Assembly (NCBI RefSeq): GCF_000143415.4
Contig: NW_003314426.1
Span: 1 to 64,000 of the forward strand
From: Selaginella moellendorffii
Taxonomy: Eukaryota > Plantae > Lycopodiophyta
Direction: 5' to 3'
Length of the DNA stretch: 64,000 nt
Numbering within the stretch: position 1 is the stretch's first letter; the number at the start of each line of letters is the position of its first letter. The position numbers and the translations under genes are program-made. This document shows, one piece after another, positions 35,960-48,617 of the stretch. The notes under the pieces were generated by a model. The model ran no database searches and was not told the origin of the DNA. It saw only the letters and a list, made by a program, of their open reading frames with translations.

Positions 35960-36797
35960 TCATAGTCTTGATCTTTTGATCTTCATGCCTATAGTTCTTT
36001 TTGATATTTCATTCTTGATCTTTAAAACTAAAACCTTCATTTCTTTCAAGATTGTTGTTGATGATGTTTGAGTCGTATGATTGGTATTTCTTAAACTTGT
36101 TAAGGTTGACAATTTGGAGATGTTTGCCATTGAATGTTGCAATTGTTCCCATTCCTGGAGCTTTGAATTTTTGAATGAGGAATGGTCCTCCCCATCTTGA
36201 CTTCACTTTTGAGCCGATTTTCTCAATGTTTTTTAGAAACCAAAGTACTTGATCATTGATTTTGAATTCTTTATTTTTCTTTATTTTTCTCTTTTAGTCG
36301 TGGTTGGATTTTCTTCAAGCTTGAATGGCTTCAAGTGTCTAAATTGCTTATAGTCTTTCTTTATCAAGTTTTTTTAGTGTGACTAGTTTTTTTTTAATTT
36401 ATTCTTCTTGGTTGATCTCGTAGTGTATTGCTATTCACAATGAAGGACGATGTACTTGAATGGCTTCTAAGTCATAGGCAAGCTTGAATAGTGTCAAATT
36501 TGTTGAAACCTTGTATGTTGTTCAATATACCCATAAGGTATTGTAAATATAATTGTCCCAATCTTTCTAATTTGTTGAGTAGTCCAAAGAAGTCAAGTCC
36601 CTATCATTAAAATGGTTCCAATGGTGTTGTTAGATGAAGCTCTTAAGTTTGTTTCTTTGATGTGTACTTGGTTTGCTGACAAATGTTGCATTCTTGACAA
36701 AATTTTACTAATGTAGCTAAGATGGTTGGTTTATACATGTTGTTTGCCAGGTTTGTGAATAATCTTGGGCAAGTATTGGAGCCCTTGTTAAAGAATT
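35960..36797 (-). pseudogene. Heavily degraded older Ty3/gypsy pol relic (continues after 40413)
   Basis: KSRWGGPFLI (GPF/Y module); homologous to the clearer relic at 57240-58839. Confidence 0.6.
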
Positions 36798-39700
36798 TGT
36801 CAGGAATCCCCCAATTCTTGCCACATTCCTAACTCTCGCCAGATTCCTGACCCACAGGCCACATTCCTAACTCTCAAGACACGACCACATTCCTGACTCT
36901 TAAGACACTTCCCTATTCCTGACTCTTTGATTTCTTATATGATTCCTGATTCTCGGACCACATTCCTAATGATGATGTGGCACCTTCTCGACCTCAGTTA
37001 TATTTAGGCCGTCCTCAATCCAAGAGTGCTGAAGCTTCATCAACCTATAGTATATATAGGTTAGCCTTGTTCCATTTCTCCACAATCTGAATCAACACTA
37101 GTCTAAGGCCTTTTCTTCGTCTCCACTAGCTTTTCTCTTTGTCTTTTGCATTTTCCAGTTTTAATCTTATTGGGGGTTTTGACAGTTTGATTCAAATTGT
37201 GCTTTCTGCTTTTGCTTTAGCTCATTTTGATTGTTTGATTGCATTTGCCTTTTTCCCCCTTTTCTTTCTTCTTTGCTGATGGAGTCTTCAAGCCATCTTG
37301 ATTTCTTTGCTGAAGTCCTTGCAAAAATCCAGTCTGAGAATACCGAGCTAAAGGCGGCCCTTCTTCACATGCAACAGAAGCTTGCTTCACTTTGGGCTCA
37401 AGGATTAAGCAGAGTTCCTACCAAAGATGAGTTCCTACCAAAGATTAAGCAGACGTCTCTCTCAGGGGTCTCATCTTGCCTCAATCTATGCTACGGAGTT
37501 CCAACTCCTTGCCTTGGATACTCAATGGGATGAGCGGGCCTTGATTGATCAATTTCGTTTTGGCCTCAACAATAGTGTCAAGGATTTGTTGCTCACCATG
37601 GAGGATCCCACAGACCTGTTGGACGCCATCAACAAAGCTATTCGATGTGACAATCGTCTCTTTGAACGTTGTCAGGAAAGTCACCGCGCCACCGTTTTCC
37701 CGTCCCAGACTCAGGAATCCTAGCTTGAGTCTTCGAGGCATACTCCTGAACCTACTACTCCGGTCCCGATGGATATTTCTGGTACTCCCCGGCTCATCAA
37801 AGGGAAGCTGACTCCTGCTAAGAAGCAAAGTCGAGTATCTCAGAATCTTTGCCTCTACTGTGCTGATCCTAATCACAAAGCAACTGTGTGTCCCAAGAAG
37901 CCTCCCTGATTGCTTGAGTTCACTCTGCCTCAAGGTCCACCTCTATTGTAATTGGGAAACGACCCTGTCCAAACAGAGTAGGAGTTGTCTATTTGAACTC
38001 CCCAAATAAAAACAACTTTTCTTCTTTATCAAACTCCTCACCACCTTTCATCAAAGCCACCACCAATTCCCACAACTTTCGCATCCTATGTCTCCTTTCT
38101 TTCACCGAACAATCAGGACTTAAGGCTCTAGCGCTACTGGACTTGGGTGCAACTTCTTGCTTCATGGATACGGACTTTGATACCTGACATCACGTTCCTC
38201 TTTCTCCTACCATACGGGATCTTAGGGTTGAAGGCATTGGCGGGCAATTTGTGTCTCCATCTTCTGGACTTAGGAAAATGTTGCCTGTTCAAGTACATAT
38301 TGGGTCCAATGTCACTGATATCGCCAGGGCCTTCCTGATGCTCTTTCAAGACACTCCTATCTCAGTCTCAGGCCTTGTAATCCTACTTTCAATCAACAAG
38401 ATCAAATCATCCTTGGTCCTGATCAACTTCAAGTTATGGCAATTTCCTTGGCCCCTCAGGACTCCTCCTTGATGGACGCAATTAAAAATGATCTTCAATC
38501 TGACGACCTTGCTAGTGACATTTTCCCCCATCTTCAGGCTGGACATCTAGTGACTCCCGATTGCCGGCGATTTGACGAGTTTGAGTTCTTAGATGGCTTG
38601 TTATACCGTGGGGAGCAGCTTTACATTCCTGAAGGTGGTGCTCGAAGGTTGGTCCTGATAGCATGCCATGATAGCCCAACTGTTGGTCACTTCGGCATTG
38701 CGAAAACCTATGAGCTGGTTGCATAGGACTTTTGGTGGCCTCACATGGACAATTACATCAAAGCTTTTGTTACTTCTTGTGACACTTGTGCCCGGAATAA
38801 GGTACCTTGCCACCTTCCTTTAGGTTTGCTTCGTTCCCTCCCGGTCCCTTTAGGTCCTTGGGAATCCATCTCAATGGATTTCTTGAGTGATCTTTCGAGT
38901 TCTGGAGGCTTCAACAGCATTTTAGTCGTAGTGGATCGCTTCACAAAGATGGCGCACTTTGTGCCGTGTACCAAGGAGCTTTCAGGCAAGGACATGGCAA
39001 AACTGGTATTCAAGGAAATTTTCTGACTTCATAAGATTCTTGCAGATGTAGTTTCGGATCGGGGACCTCAGTTCATCTCTCATTTCTGGCAATGGTTCCT
39101 GCAGCTTCTTGGAGTGAAGGCCAACCTCTCTTCAGCGTATCATCCTCAAACTAATGGACAGTTTGAGCAAACGATTCAAACATTGGAACAATTCCTGAGG
39201 TGTTTCATCAACTATCATCAGGATGACTAGTTCGATATCCTTCCCCTTACTGAGTTCTCCTATAACAACTCCGTTCACTCCTTCCTTCGAATTTCCCCCT
39301 TCTTTGTAAACTTTGGTTGAAATCAATCTCTCACTTCCTTTTTCATCCGAATCCTTTCATTCAAATCCCTGCTTTGAAGCATTTATCTCTAACCTCTAGG
39401 AAATCCATAACTCCATCTCCTTCCACCTTTATCGTGCTCAGGAATCTCACAAAACATTCACCAATGTCCATTGTCAGGATTGTCCCTCTTACAATATCGG
39501 GGATAAAGTCTAGCTCCTTAGATGAAATATTTCCACCACTAGGCTATGTCCCAAACTCAATTTCAAACGCCTTGGTCCTTTCTCTATCACTGCCATCATT
39601 AATCCTGTCATTTATCACCTTGCACTTCCCTCCTCATATCAAATTCACCCCGTTTTTCACTCCTCTCTCCTTGAGCCTTATATTCCCAGTCCTATTCCAA

Positions 39701-40412
39701 ATCGGGTCATTCCTCTGCCTCCATCAGTGCAACTCGAAGATGGGTCTGAGTACAAGGTTCAGGACATCCTTGATTCCAAGATCTCACGGTCTAAACTCTA
39801 CTATCTAGTAGACTAGAAAGGTTACGGACCTAAAGAATGCACTTAGGAACCTGCAAACCACTTAATTCATTCTCCTGACCTTGTTCATGACTTCCACTAT
39901 TGCTATCTTTCTCATTCTAGTCTTCATTTTTTTCATTCCCCATCTCCCGTCCCACGACGCCCATCTCATCCTCCTCTTTGTTCTCATTCACATCCTCATT
40001 CCACTCATTCTTGAGGAGGGGGTGCTGTCAGGAATCCCCCAATTCTTGCCACATTCCTGACTCTCGCCAGATTCCTGACCCATAGAACACATTCCTGAAT
40101 CTCAAGACATGACCACATTCCTAACTCTTGAGACACTTCCCTATTCCTGACTCTCTGATTTCCCATATAATTCCTGATTCTTGGACCACATTCCTAATGA
40201 TGACGTGGCACCTCCTTGACCTCAGTTATATTTAGGCTGTCCTTGATCCAAGAGTGGTGGAGTTTCATCAACCTATAGTATATATAGGTTAGCTTTATTT
40301 CATTTCTCCACAATTTGAATCAACATCAGTCTAAGGTTTTTTCTTCGTTTCCACTAGTTTTTGTCTTTGTCTTTTGCATTTTCCAATCCTGATCTTGTTG
40401 GGGGTCTTGACA
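36798..40412 (+). mobile_element. Chromovirus (Tcn1/Tf1-like Ty3/gypsy) copy A, internally deleted
   Basis: 387-bp LTRs 36798-37184 and 40026-40412; TSD GAATT; PPT GAGGAGGGGGG; gag and integrase remnants; chromodomain EYKVQDILDSK...YYLVD*KGYG...EP at ~39745-39900. RT/RNase H deleted at ~38325. Confidence 0.94.
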
Positions 40413-41551
40413 GAATTCTTAAGCATGTCGAATGCTTGTTGGCAATCTTGAGTCCAATTGTACATGTGATTTTTCTTCAAAAGATCTGCAAGGGGTTTTG
40501 CAATCTTCATATAATCTTTGATGAACTATCAATGGTATCTCATTTTGCCGAAGAAGGATCGTAGTCTGGTGACTAAAGCACTATTATATGAGTATGGACT
40601 ATCTTTTTAAGTTAGAGGCATTAGTGATGTGAGCGGTGCTTGCTTTCCTTAAGGATATCCTAGTACTCCCTCATCTTGGCTGTGCCATAATTCTCTACCT
40701 CAAAAGTACACTTAGCTCAGAAAAGTGAAATCATTTATAAAGAGACTAGCTAAACTGCTGCGTAACCTTGTGTTATTGTGAAAGTTCTTGCTTCTTCGTC
40801 ATGTTATTTACTTTAATCAGTCTTCAATCTATTCTCAGGCTTTATGATTCCCATATTCTTGTCTTGCTTGCTCACAACACTGTGTTTTTCCTGCAGAGGA
40901 TTCCAAAGTGTTGGATCTGGTACTATTGGATCTGTCTGGCCTGATCATGTCCTAGTATGGAAACCGTCTATGTGTAAAAGTTTTTGATATTTTCTTTGGA
41001 AAAACAAAAGATTTTGAAACTTTTGTGTTTTTTGGGATAAAGTTTCATACTTATATTGTGTCCCAACACTTATTAAATTCTTCAACTAAAATTATAATAT
41101 TGAATGCATTTCAATACAAAATTAAGCAAGATATTTAATTATTGATCTTTTTCTATAAAAAATATTGGGTATAAACCCATTTAAAATATTTTATAATTTC
41201 TTTATATTGTATGTTATGCTTGATTTAAAGGAGTTTTTGTAAGTTAATAATTTTTTTTGTTTTATTTCTAATCTAGATGTAATTTAATATAAATAAGGAA
41301 GTAAACTAAATATTAGAGTAACTTAAAAATTAATGTTTCTTACATCATTATTCATTATATAGCTGTCTCTTGGTCTAGCTGATGTAGCATTCTAATTTCA
41401 GTACTATAAGTTTATAATAATAATATTAAATAATTTTCTCTAAATTATAAGAAAATATGTCTCTGATATATTTTTTTTCAATTATAGTTAATCACTTGGA
41501 TCCCTTGGAAATGATGAACTTGAAAAGATTACATAATGGCTAGTTGTAATA

Positions 41552-42338
41552 TAGAGGGCACAAAATCCAGCCGTCTAAGATTGATGGCCTGGTGGTTAAA
41601 CACGAAAGAACTTAAGAGAGTTAAATATTGTTCTAGCTATTTAAAAATTAGAAACTAGTGGGGACACCATTTGTCCTGGTGTGCAACAGCTAGCAATTAA
41701 CATTAATATTCAATGGTATGCAAATGCCTCAATTTAAACAAATGCCGAGCCTCATTAGTTGTTATTCTTAGCATTCAAGTATGTTAAGAAATATATTAGA
41801 ATATACATTGTGATATATTTTAGATAGCACAAAAGAAATTTAGGAGTAGTATATTTTAAATAGCACAACAAATTATTTAAAAAGAGGAGTAGTACTCAAT
41901 GGAATTTAACAATTGGTTCCTCAAGGTATGGAAGAAACTAGAAACCTAGACAGATAAAATTGATGGATCAATTCCTCTCTCTCTCTCTCTCTCTCTATTT
42001 GTTGATTTTGCAGAGTTGTCAAAAAAGGTACTTGGCATTGGCTTTGAGGTTCCCATAGGCAAACTCATTCACTCTGTACCACAACAGAACTTGCAAGGGT
42101 GAGCTTTTAAGTGTTCTGAAGCTACTCTCTCTTGTTTTGACTTCCAGGTTCCGTGGATTCGAAAGGCCTGTAGGAAAACGTTTCACAAAGGTGCGGATAT
42201 TCTCTCTACAAAAATCAACAATCCCGCCATTTTCTTCATCGCATCTCCCGAGAATTCACTTGATCTCTGCCCACTTGAGATGAGATGCATGGATCCTACA
42301 AGAAGCCAGCCGTGGACACCACGCTGTTGCATCTCCCG
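41552..42338 (+). repeat. Left arm of long inverted repeat bracketing the kinase/phosphatase cassette
   Basis: Starts TAGAGGGCACAAAATCC, ends GTTGCATCTCCCG; diverged inverted homolog of 47758-48446 and direct homolog of 19131-19789. Confidence 0.8.
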
Positions 42339-43609
42339 AGCTATTTTGTTCAAGATGTGTGGTATACCGGCGTGAACTATAAATTGCAGTGCAGGATCAC
42401 ATTCTAACTGATTTAATGCTAGAAGCAGCTATGATATCTGACAACTCCAAAATGTTGAGCCTTTGCAACTTCCAATATGCTTTGTGGAAGGTCCCGATGG
42501 TAAGTTTGAGTTTTATTATTCTCGCAAGAAATTAACCAGCTAGGAAACCCAGAGCAGTTATTAAAGAAATACGTTCCATTTCTTTGTGAGGAGTGTCAGC
42601 AATCGCAACTAACACTGATACTCTTGAATTTTTTTTATCTGTGCATAATTTAGGTTGATTATGTTTCTCAGTTCGGTGCTGACCAGTATCTACGTCTGGG
42701 GAAACTTCTTGTATTGTGTAGGATCATCTCGTTCTTGGACTCCAACATAATAAAATTCCATCGAGAAGAAATACTAATCTTCTCTATTGCAGGTTCGTGA
42801 TAGTATTTATCTTATTTTCGCAAAACTTTCCAGGAAGTTTACTGTTAATTCTCCTTGGGCATACTTCCGATGCTGTTTCTTTTCTGTTGGAAAGCTCAGT
42901 GTTTTACTTGTTGTCACTAACACTAATACCAGATAGCACTACGCCTGAACATCCTAGCATGGTTTATTTCTGAAACTTCTATTTCGGACGAGAAGCAGTT
43001 ACTGTTGGCCGTGGTTGGCTGCATTGTAGCTCTTGCAAGCACTTTGAAGGTAAATCTTGATTTCATAATTTAAACCAGTCTTAAATCTTTGTTTGTAGTC
43101 TGTGCCATGCGGTGCTTTAAAGAAATCAAGCAGGAAGGTCAAGTCTTGAAGATTTCTGTGCTTTTGCGAGCCATACATGACAATTCCAAGAACTTCGTAA
43201 ACAACAGGAGGTTTTTGTCATCCTTTCTTCATACTAGTCTGCTCAGCGAATGAGAGCAAGACAATTAGAACATGTGGTACGTTTCATTAAGTTGCACCTC
43301 CGCCAACAATTTCAATCTTTCTAAGAACTTCAGACATCTCCCACCTTGCTTTGTTGGTTCGATCCAGCTGAAAATTATTGACTTGCCAGAAGGAACGAAA
43401 GCAGAAAAGAATTCCTTGATATGTTTCGTTACATGTATACTTCTTTTCTTTCTGGCATGTCACCAGTTTTCTATGTTGGATCAAATCAATAGAGCAAGGC
43501 GGCTGTATGAAAGATTGAGACCCTCTGCATTAGCTATTGCATCAACAACCCACAGATGTATGGCTAAGGGAGGGATGGAAATGAGTGGGATGACCATAAC
43601 CTAAACGAG

Positions 43610-44671
43610 ACGCAGACAAGGTGGCTTTGACAACCTCTTGGTCATCTCGTCTGTGCTCAAGCAAAGTATCCATGAAATCCGTTGTGGGATCGGATTTGTT
43701 GGCTTTGTGTTCGTCGATGATCTTCTGGCTTTGTGTTCTTCTGGCTTTGTGTTCGTCGATGATCACGCTATCTTTGAAGCAAGCAGGCGCTTCGTCAGCG
43801 ACCAGCTGCGCCAGCAGAGCAATGTGACTATCTTCTGCTGGCCCATAGAATGAAGCAATGGAGACTCGAGTTCGCTCCGAGTTGACAACTGCTCGGTGCT
43901 CCACACTCTTGTACGCATCATTGGAAAGAATCTGAATAACACACAATCAAAACCTGGAAATCTCATGCATGCACGACTATGACGATCGAAAGAAAGCTTA
44001 CCTGAAGTTGATCTCCAATGTTGACAACAAAGGCGCCAGGCAGAGGTTTGATCGGCACCCACGCTCCACAGTGTACAATCTGGAGGCCATCTTTCACCCT
44101 GGTGTCCTGCTGGAGTATAGTGAAACCGTTTGGATCCGCGTGAGCGTCCAGTCCGATTGTAAGCTCCGGCTCCGGACAAGGTGGATAGTAGTTCATCCTC
44201 ATCGCATGCCTCTCTCCTCCAAAAGCTTCCTCCAGAGCACCACTTTCCAGTCCCAGTGACTCCGAGAACAATCCAAGCACTCTTTTCGCGGCGACGAACG
44301 AGACGTGGGTGGGGCGGACGACTGAATCGCTGGCGAGGGCGAGGAAGAGATGAATCGCTTGCGCGCTCTGGCCGTTTGCGCAGAGCGTCGAGATCACGAT
44401 GTTACAGGAGAAGGCGTTCTTGTGGACGAGATCGTGGAAGACGGACCATGCGTCCGGGAGGCTGGAGCACTTGCCATACATGAGGATGAGGAGATTGCTG
44501 AACAAGGGGTGGTGGCGTAGGTCGAGGGTGGCGGCCAGGCGGCGGTGCAAGAGCTTCCCTCGCGGGAGGGAGTTGGAATCACCACATTGGCGCAGAAGAG
44601 TCGCGATTTGGCGTGGAGATGCCTGCAGGAGGCACCGCGATCACTCCTCTTGCTACTTCGCTGGATGTCAT
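43610..44671 (-). pseudogene. Chimeric PPR / 2OG-Fe(II) dioxygenase / P450-like fragments, copy 2
   Basis: ORFs 43963-44550 and 43542-43946; retains HAD, VEH and RVS residues of the 2OG-dioxygenase core; frameshift near the PPR ATG. Confidence 0.85.
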
Positions 44672-45103
44672 GGCAAAGACACACTCTCTCTCTCTCTCTC
44701 CATGATCCTGTGAAGAGCTTCATATGGATCATCACATTTTTTGTCAATAGCTTCACATAGGCACTAAACAACAGACATAAAGGAACTCAGAAGCAATCAG
44801 TCTTCTAAGCATCTTATCCTCCGGCATCAAATGTTGGATCAGTGATGTCCTTTTTGAAGTCTCGCTTGTTGTTTGAGGTGGGCACGTGCTCCTATGGGGG
44901 TGTTGCAAAGCTGTGGGCTCTCAATGTAAAGGGGATTTCCTTGGCAAAAGAGCTTGAAATTTTGGTGTGCTGTTTTTCTTGTTTTACCATTTTGTTTTAC
45001 ATGAGACATGTAGGAAATCCTGAGCTCAAAAGTTCACTAAGATTCATTTGCATAAACTACACTTTGGCAGAAAAATTATAACATTTATTACAAAATACAA
45101 TAA

Positions 45104-45691
45104 TCAGTTAAAAACAACCCATTCATCATCGAATGGATCTAGGACGTACAATTTGCCTTGCTTCTCCACACATTGTCCAATATTCCAGCGATGGGTAACT
45201 TTGGTAAAATCCACACACTTTGACAGCGCAAGAAGGAACGGGGTTACATCTGCCAAGAAGTGGTCATCCTTTGACCCCTCAAACTTTGGAGCCACCACCA
45301 CGCTCTCTTGATGACCTTGGTAGAAGTCAACAATGTCATCCAGTGCCACCACCCGCTTGAAATCCCGAAACCCTACATGGTCAAGATTCTTGACTTTCGT
45401 CCCGTCCTTTAGAACAACGCAATTGCCACCATGTAGCCTCCTTGACACAAGCCCCCCAGTAGGATCCAGATGGTCAACCACAAGGTTGACATACTTCTCC
45501 TGGGCGGCACTAAACACCACGATATCGTACACTTTTGAAACCTTCCCCAGAAATTCATCTACGCCTGGTCTCTTCATGATGTGGAGTGGTGCATCATCGT
45601 CGAATTCCATGCTGAAATCTACAGAAGAGACGAGATCCTTATGAGCGTATACCAGTGTATTGTCTAGATCGAGAATGAGTGTCTTCTTCAT
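45104..45691 (-). CDS. FCP1/SCP-like HAD phosphatase, 195 aa, copy 2
   Basis: One amino-acid difference from 21856-22443. Confidence 0.9.
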   Translation of the reverse strand: MKKTLILDLDNTLVYAHKDLVSSVDFSMEFDDDAPLHIMKRPGVDEFLGKVSKVYDIVVFSAAQEKYVNLVVDHLDPTGGLVSRRLHGGNCVVLKDGTKVKNLDHVGFRDFKRVVALDDIVDFYQGHQESVVVAPKFEGSKDDHFLADVTPFLLALSKCVDFTKVTHRWNIGQCVEKQGKLYVLDPFDDEWVVFN

Positions 45692-46117
45692 GATACCCTA
45701 AAAAATGACTCGTATTCCGTGGAAATGTAGAAGGGCCACAAAAGGTGACCAAAGGTGCCACGTCTGCCCTAAACTCTATCCGACGTGGCCTTTTTGTATT
45801 CTTGTACCCTACTATTGGCAAAGCCCAAGGGAGCCGGAGGAGCGCGTCGATCCTCAATGCAGCTTAGATTCCAAATCTAGGGCTGCCGTGATCGTCTGGC
45901 AAGGGCAGAGGTGAGTGCGCTGCTGGTTTGCGGCCTACTGTTGGCGAGGCGGAAGGAGGTGAGCATGCAATTGTAACAAGTTTGTTGTGAATCCATTGAC
46001 GGACAGCTGATGTGCGCATTCTAGGCTCCAGCCGTTGGATAAGTGCAGTAACGACTCCTCAATCTCTTTTGTGCTTTCAGCAACGACTCACAATGTTAAC
46101 ACTGACCAGAGTCCACC

Positions 46118-47533
46118 ATGGAGAGGAAGAGAGCTGCTGGTCCGAAGAAACTACACACTCAGAAGCGATCCGACGTCATGCTCGAAAGGACCCGCCCACT
46201 GGATCCGATTAACCGAGCTCGATCAGGTTGGTCAAAACTTGAAACATCTGCACTTGTCTGACGAAGATCCTCGTTGAAGCAGGAGCAGGAGAAACTGATC
46301 ATGATGCATCCGCGTTGCAGGCTGCTCCTGACGCTGGTACGAAGAATTCCTTTTGTTGGCTGACACGACTCTTTGCTGGTTTGATTCATGACTTGCAGAA
46401 TATGTTCGGCAATTCCTCGCAATGGCGCAACGCTTGGAGAGATTCAAGATGCTCTCGGCGAATGTTGTGAGCGGGATCGTGGAATCGATCCAAAAGGGAG
46501 GGGAGACTCCAGTTGCAGCAGCAGGTGGATACAATAATTTCTCTCTTTGGCATCTTTTCGCTTCTGAGTGGCCCCTTGTCTCTCTTGTCCAGGCCGCTTC
46601 TGCAGCAGCTACGAAGTGCTCGCTTGTGTTGGCCAGGGGGCGTCCGGGAAAGTATACAAGTGCCGTAGCAAGGAGGACGAACAAATCTACGCCATCAAAG
46701 TCATCAAGGTTCGCACAGCAACGAAGTCCAGAGACCAGGATGTCGCGCTCGTCTTCAAGGAGGGAGAGATGCTCCAGCGCTGCGAACACCCCAACATAGT
46801 CAAATACTTCGACATGTGGAAGGAGGAAGGCGAGCCGGGCAAGTCGAAAGTGTACATTGTCATGGAGTTTTGTGGCCGCTCGCTCCAGTCGGTGCTCCTC
46901 GGCGGTGAGTCACCACCTGCAGATGCGTTTAGGCAGCTTCTTCAAGCTGTGGCGCATGTGCACGACAACGTGGGTGTTCATCGGGATATAGCACCACACA
47001 ACATCTTCGTCACAGACGATGGACGCATCAAGCTGGGAGATTTCGGTCTTGGTAGGCAAATGAAACATCTCTTCCATCTCTCATTTGTTGGCTTACAGCT
47101 AAAAATAAGGAGTCCATGCTCGAGACCGAAAATATCAAGAAGGGGAGAGCAGTTTACTACTCTCCCCAGCGCCGGAGCAACTCAACCTACACTGACATGC
47201 TTGCGCTTGGAGTTATACTCTTCGAACTTCATTGGAGGTGTCCCCCGGACCAGGTTTGGCTGCAGTTTGTGCAACGTGCTTGCTTAGTTTGGTGAATCTG
47301 TGTAGGAAAGGGAGTCGGTATTGATTGACGTCCGGGATGGCGTTTTACCAGCAGACTGGGCGTACCAACACCCATCAATTGCGCCCAAGGTGTTGGAGCT
47401 GGTCGCAGCAAGACGCGACCAGCGTCCATCCGCGCGCGACATCCTCTGCGATCCTGCCTGGCAATCTGTTTGGTGAGTTTCTTTCATTACTCTGATTCTC
47501 TGCTTGGCTTCTAACATGTCTGTTTGCAGCTGA
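46118..47533 (+). CDS. Stand-alone eIF2alpha-kinase (GCN2-like) protein kinase, 7 exons, ~357 aa, copy 2
   Basis: Hand-built model join(46118-46226,46283-46336,46399-46524,46593-47051,47099-47253,47306-47472,47530-47533) = 1074 nt, no internal stop, all GT-AG introns of 47-68 bp, start in CCACCATGG context. C-lobe ERESVLIDVRDGVLPADW...RPSARDIL resembles eIF2alpha kinases. The 5' exons are less certain than the kinase exons. Confidence 0.8.
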
Positions 47534-47757
47534 TCGTTGTAGTTGTTTAGATTTACTTGCTCCTTTTTGTCATCTTTGTAGTCTTGGTCTTTTTCAGCAT
47601 GCTGATTTCGATTCAGAAATATGAATTCGTTGCCAGTTCATTGCATTTCTGCCAGGCCGAGTTGTTCTCGATCAAGGTTGCTGAACAACTCAAGGGCTTC
47701 CGACATTCTTGTAGTCAGGTTCGGTTCAAGGAACAGGATTGGTAAACAGCACATTGA

Positions 47758-48136
47758 CGGGAGATGCAACAGCGTGGTGTCCACGGCTGGCTTCTTGTAG
47801 GGTCCATGCATCTCACCTCAAGTGGGCAGAGATCGAGTGGAAGCTGGAGAGCTATCCCAATTCTCGGGAGATGCGATGAAGAAAATGGCGGGATTGTTGA
47901 TTTTTGTAGAGAGAATATTCGCACCTTTGACCTGTTGACCTTTTTACAGGGAAACGTTTTCCTACAGGCCTTTCTGAATTGAATCCAAGGAACCTGGAAG
48001 TCAAAACAAGAGAGTAGCTTCAGAACACTCAAAAGCTCACCCCTGCAAGTTCTGTTGTGGTACAGGGTGAATGAGTTCCCCTTTTTTGACGAGTCTGCAA
48101 AATTATAGAAAGGATGAGTCAAATGGAGAGAGAGAG

Positions 48137-48211
<75 letters not shown>

Positions 48212-48446
48212 TTGATCCAGGTTTCTTGTTTTTTTCATACCTTGAGGAACCAATCGTTCAATTCCACTGATTTCTTTGCATACTTGAATGCAAAGAATAA
48301 CAAATAATGAAGCTAGGTGCTTGGTTAGATTGAGGCAAGTTTTCAAATAGCTAGAACAATCTTTAGCTCTTTTAAGTTGTTTAGTGTTTAACCATCATGA
48401 CATCAATCTTAAAACATGTCCAGAAGTTGGATTTTGTGCCCTCTAG
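47758..48446 (-). repeat. Right arm of long inverted repeat; contains (AT)n at 48139-48208
   Basis: Ends GGATTTTGTGCCCTCTA; reverse complement of 41552-42338 with indels. Confidence 0.8.
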
Positions 48447-48617
48447 ATTAATGATGTTAATTTTAGACTCTTTGTCAGTGTTAATCCTTGTAATTTATAG
48501 GATAATATAGAGTTTCTCATATATTGTTTTTCAAATTTTACTTGATACTCTTCCAGTTCTAGATATGAGGCAAAATAAAGAACTTCATAGTATTTTATAT
48601 GAAAACTTTAAAGTTGC

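Larger units (their letters stand above)
31755..39950. repeat. Flank duplicated directly at ~53133-63985; its first ~1.4 kb also inverted at 1-1365 plus 6361-6467
   Basis: Matching ORFs (34214 vs 55428; 35778 vs 57101; 37993 vs 60299; 420 vs 32594) and the same chromovirus insertion site. Confidence 0.92.

Noticed and set aside
48071-48346. YIYIYI ORFs
   Set aside because: (AT)n microsatellite.
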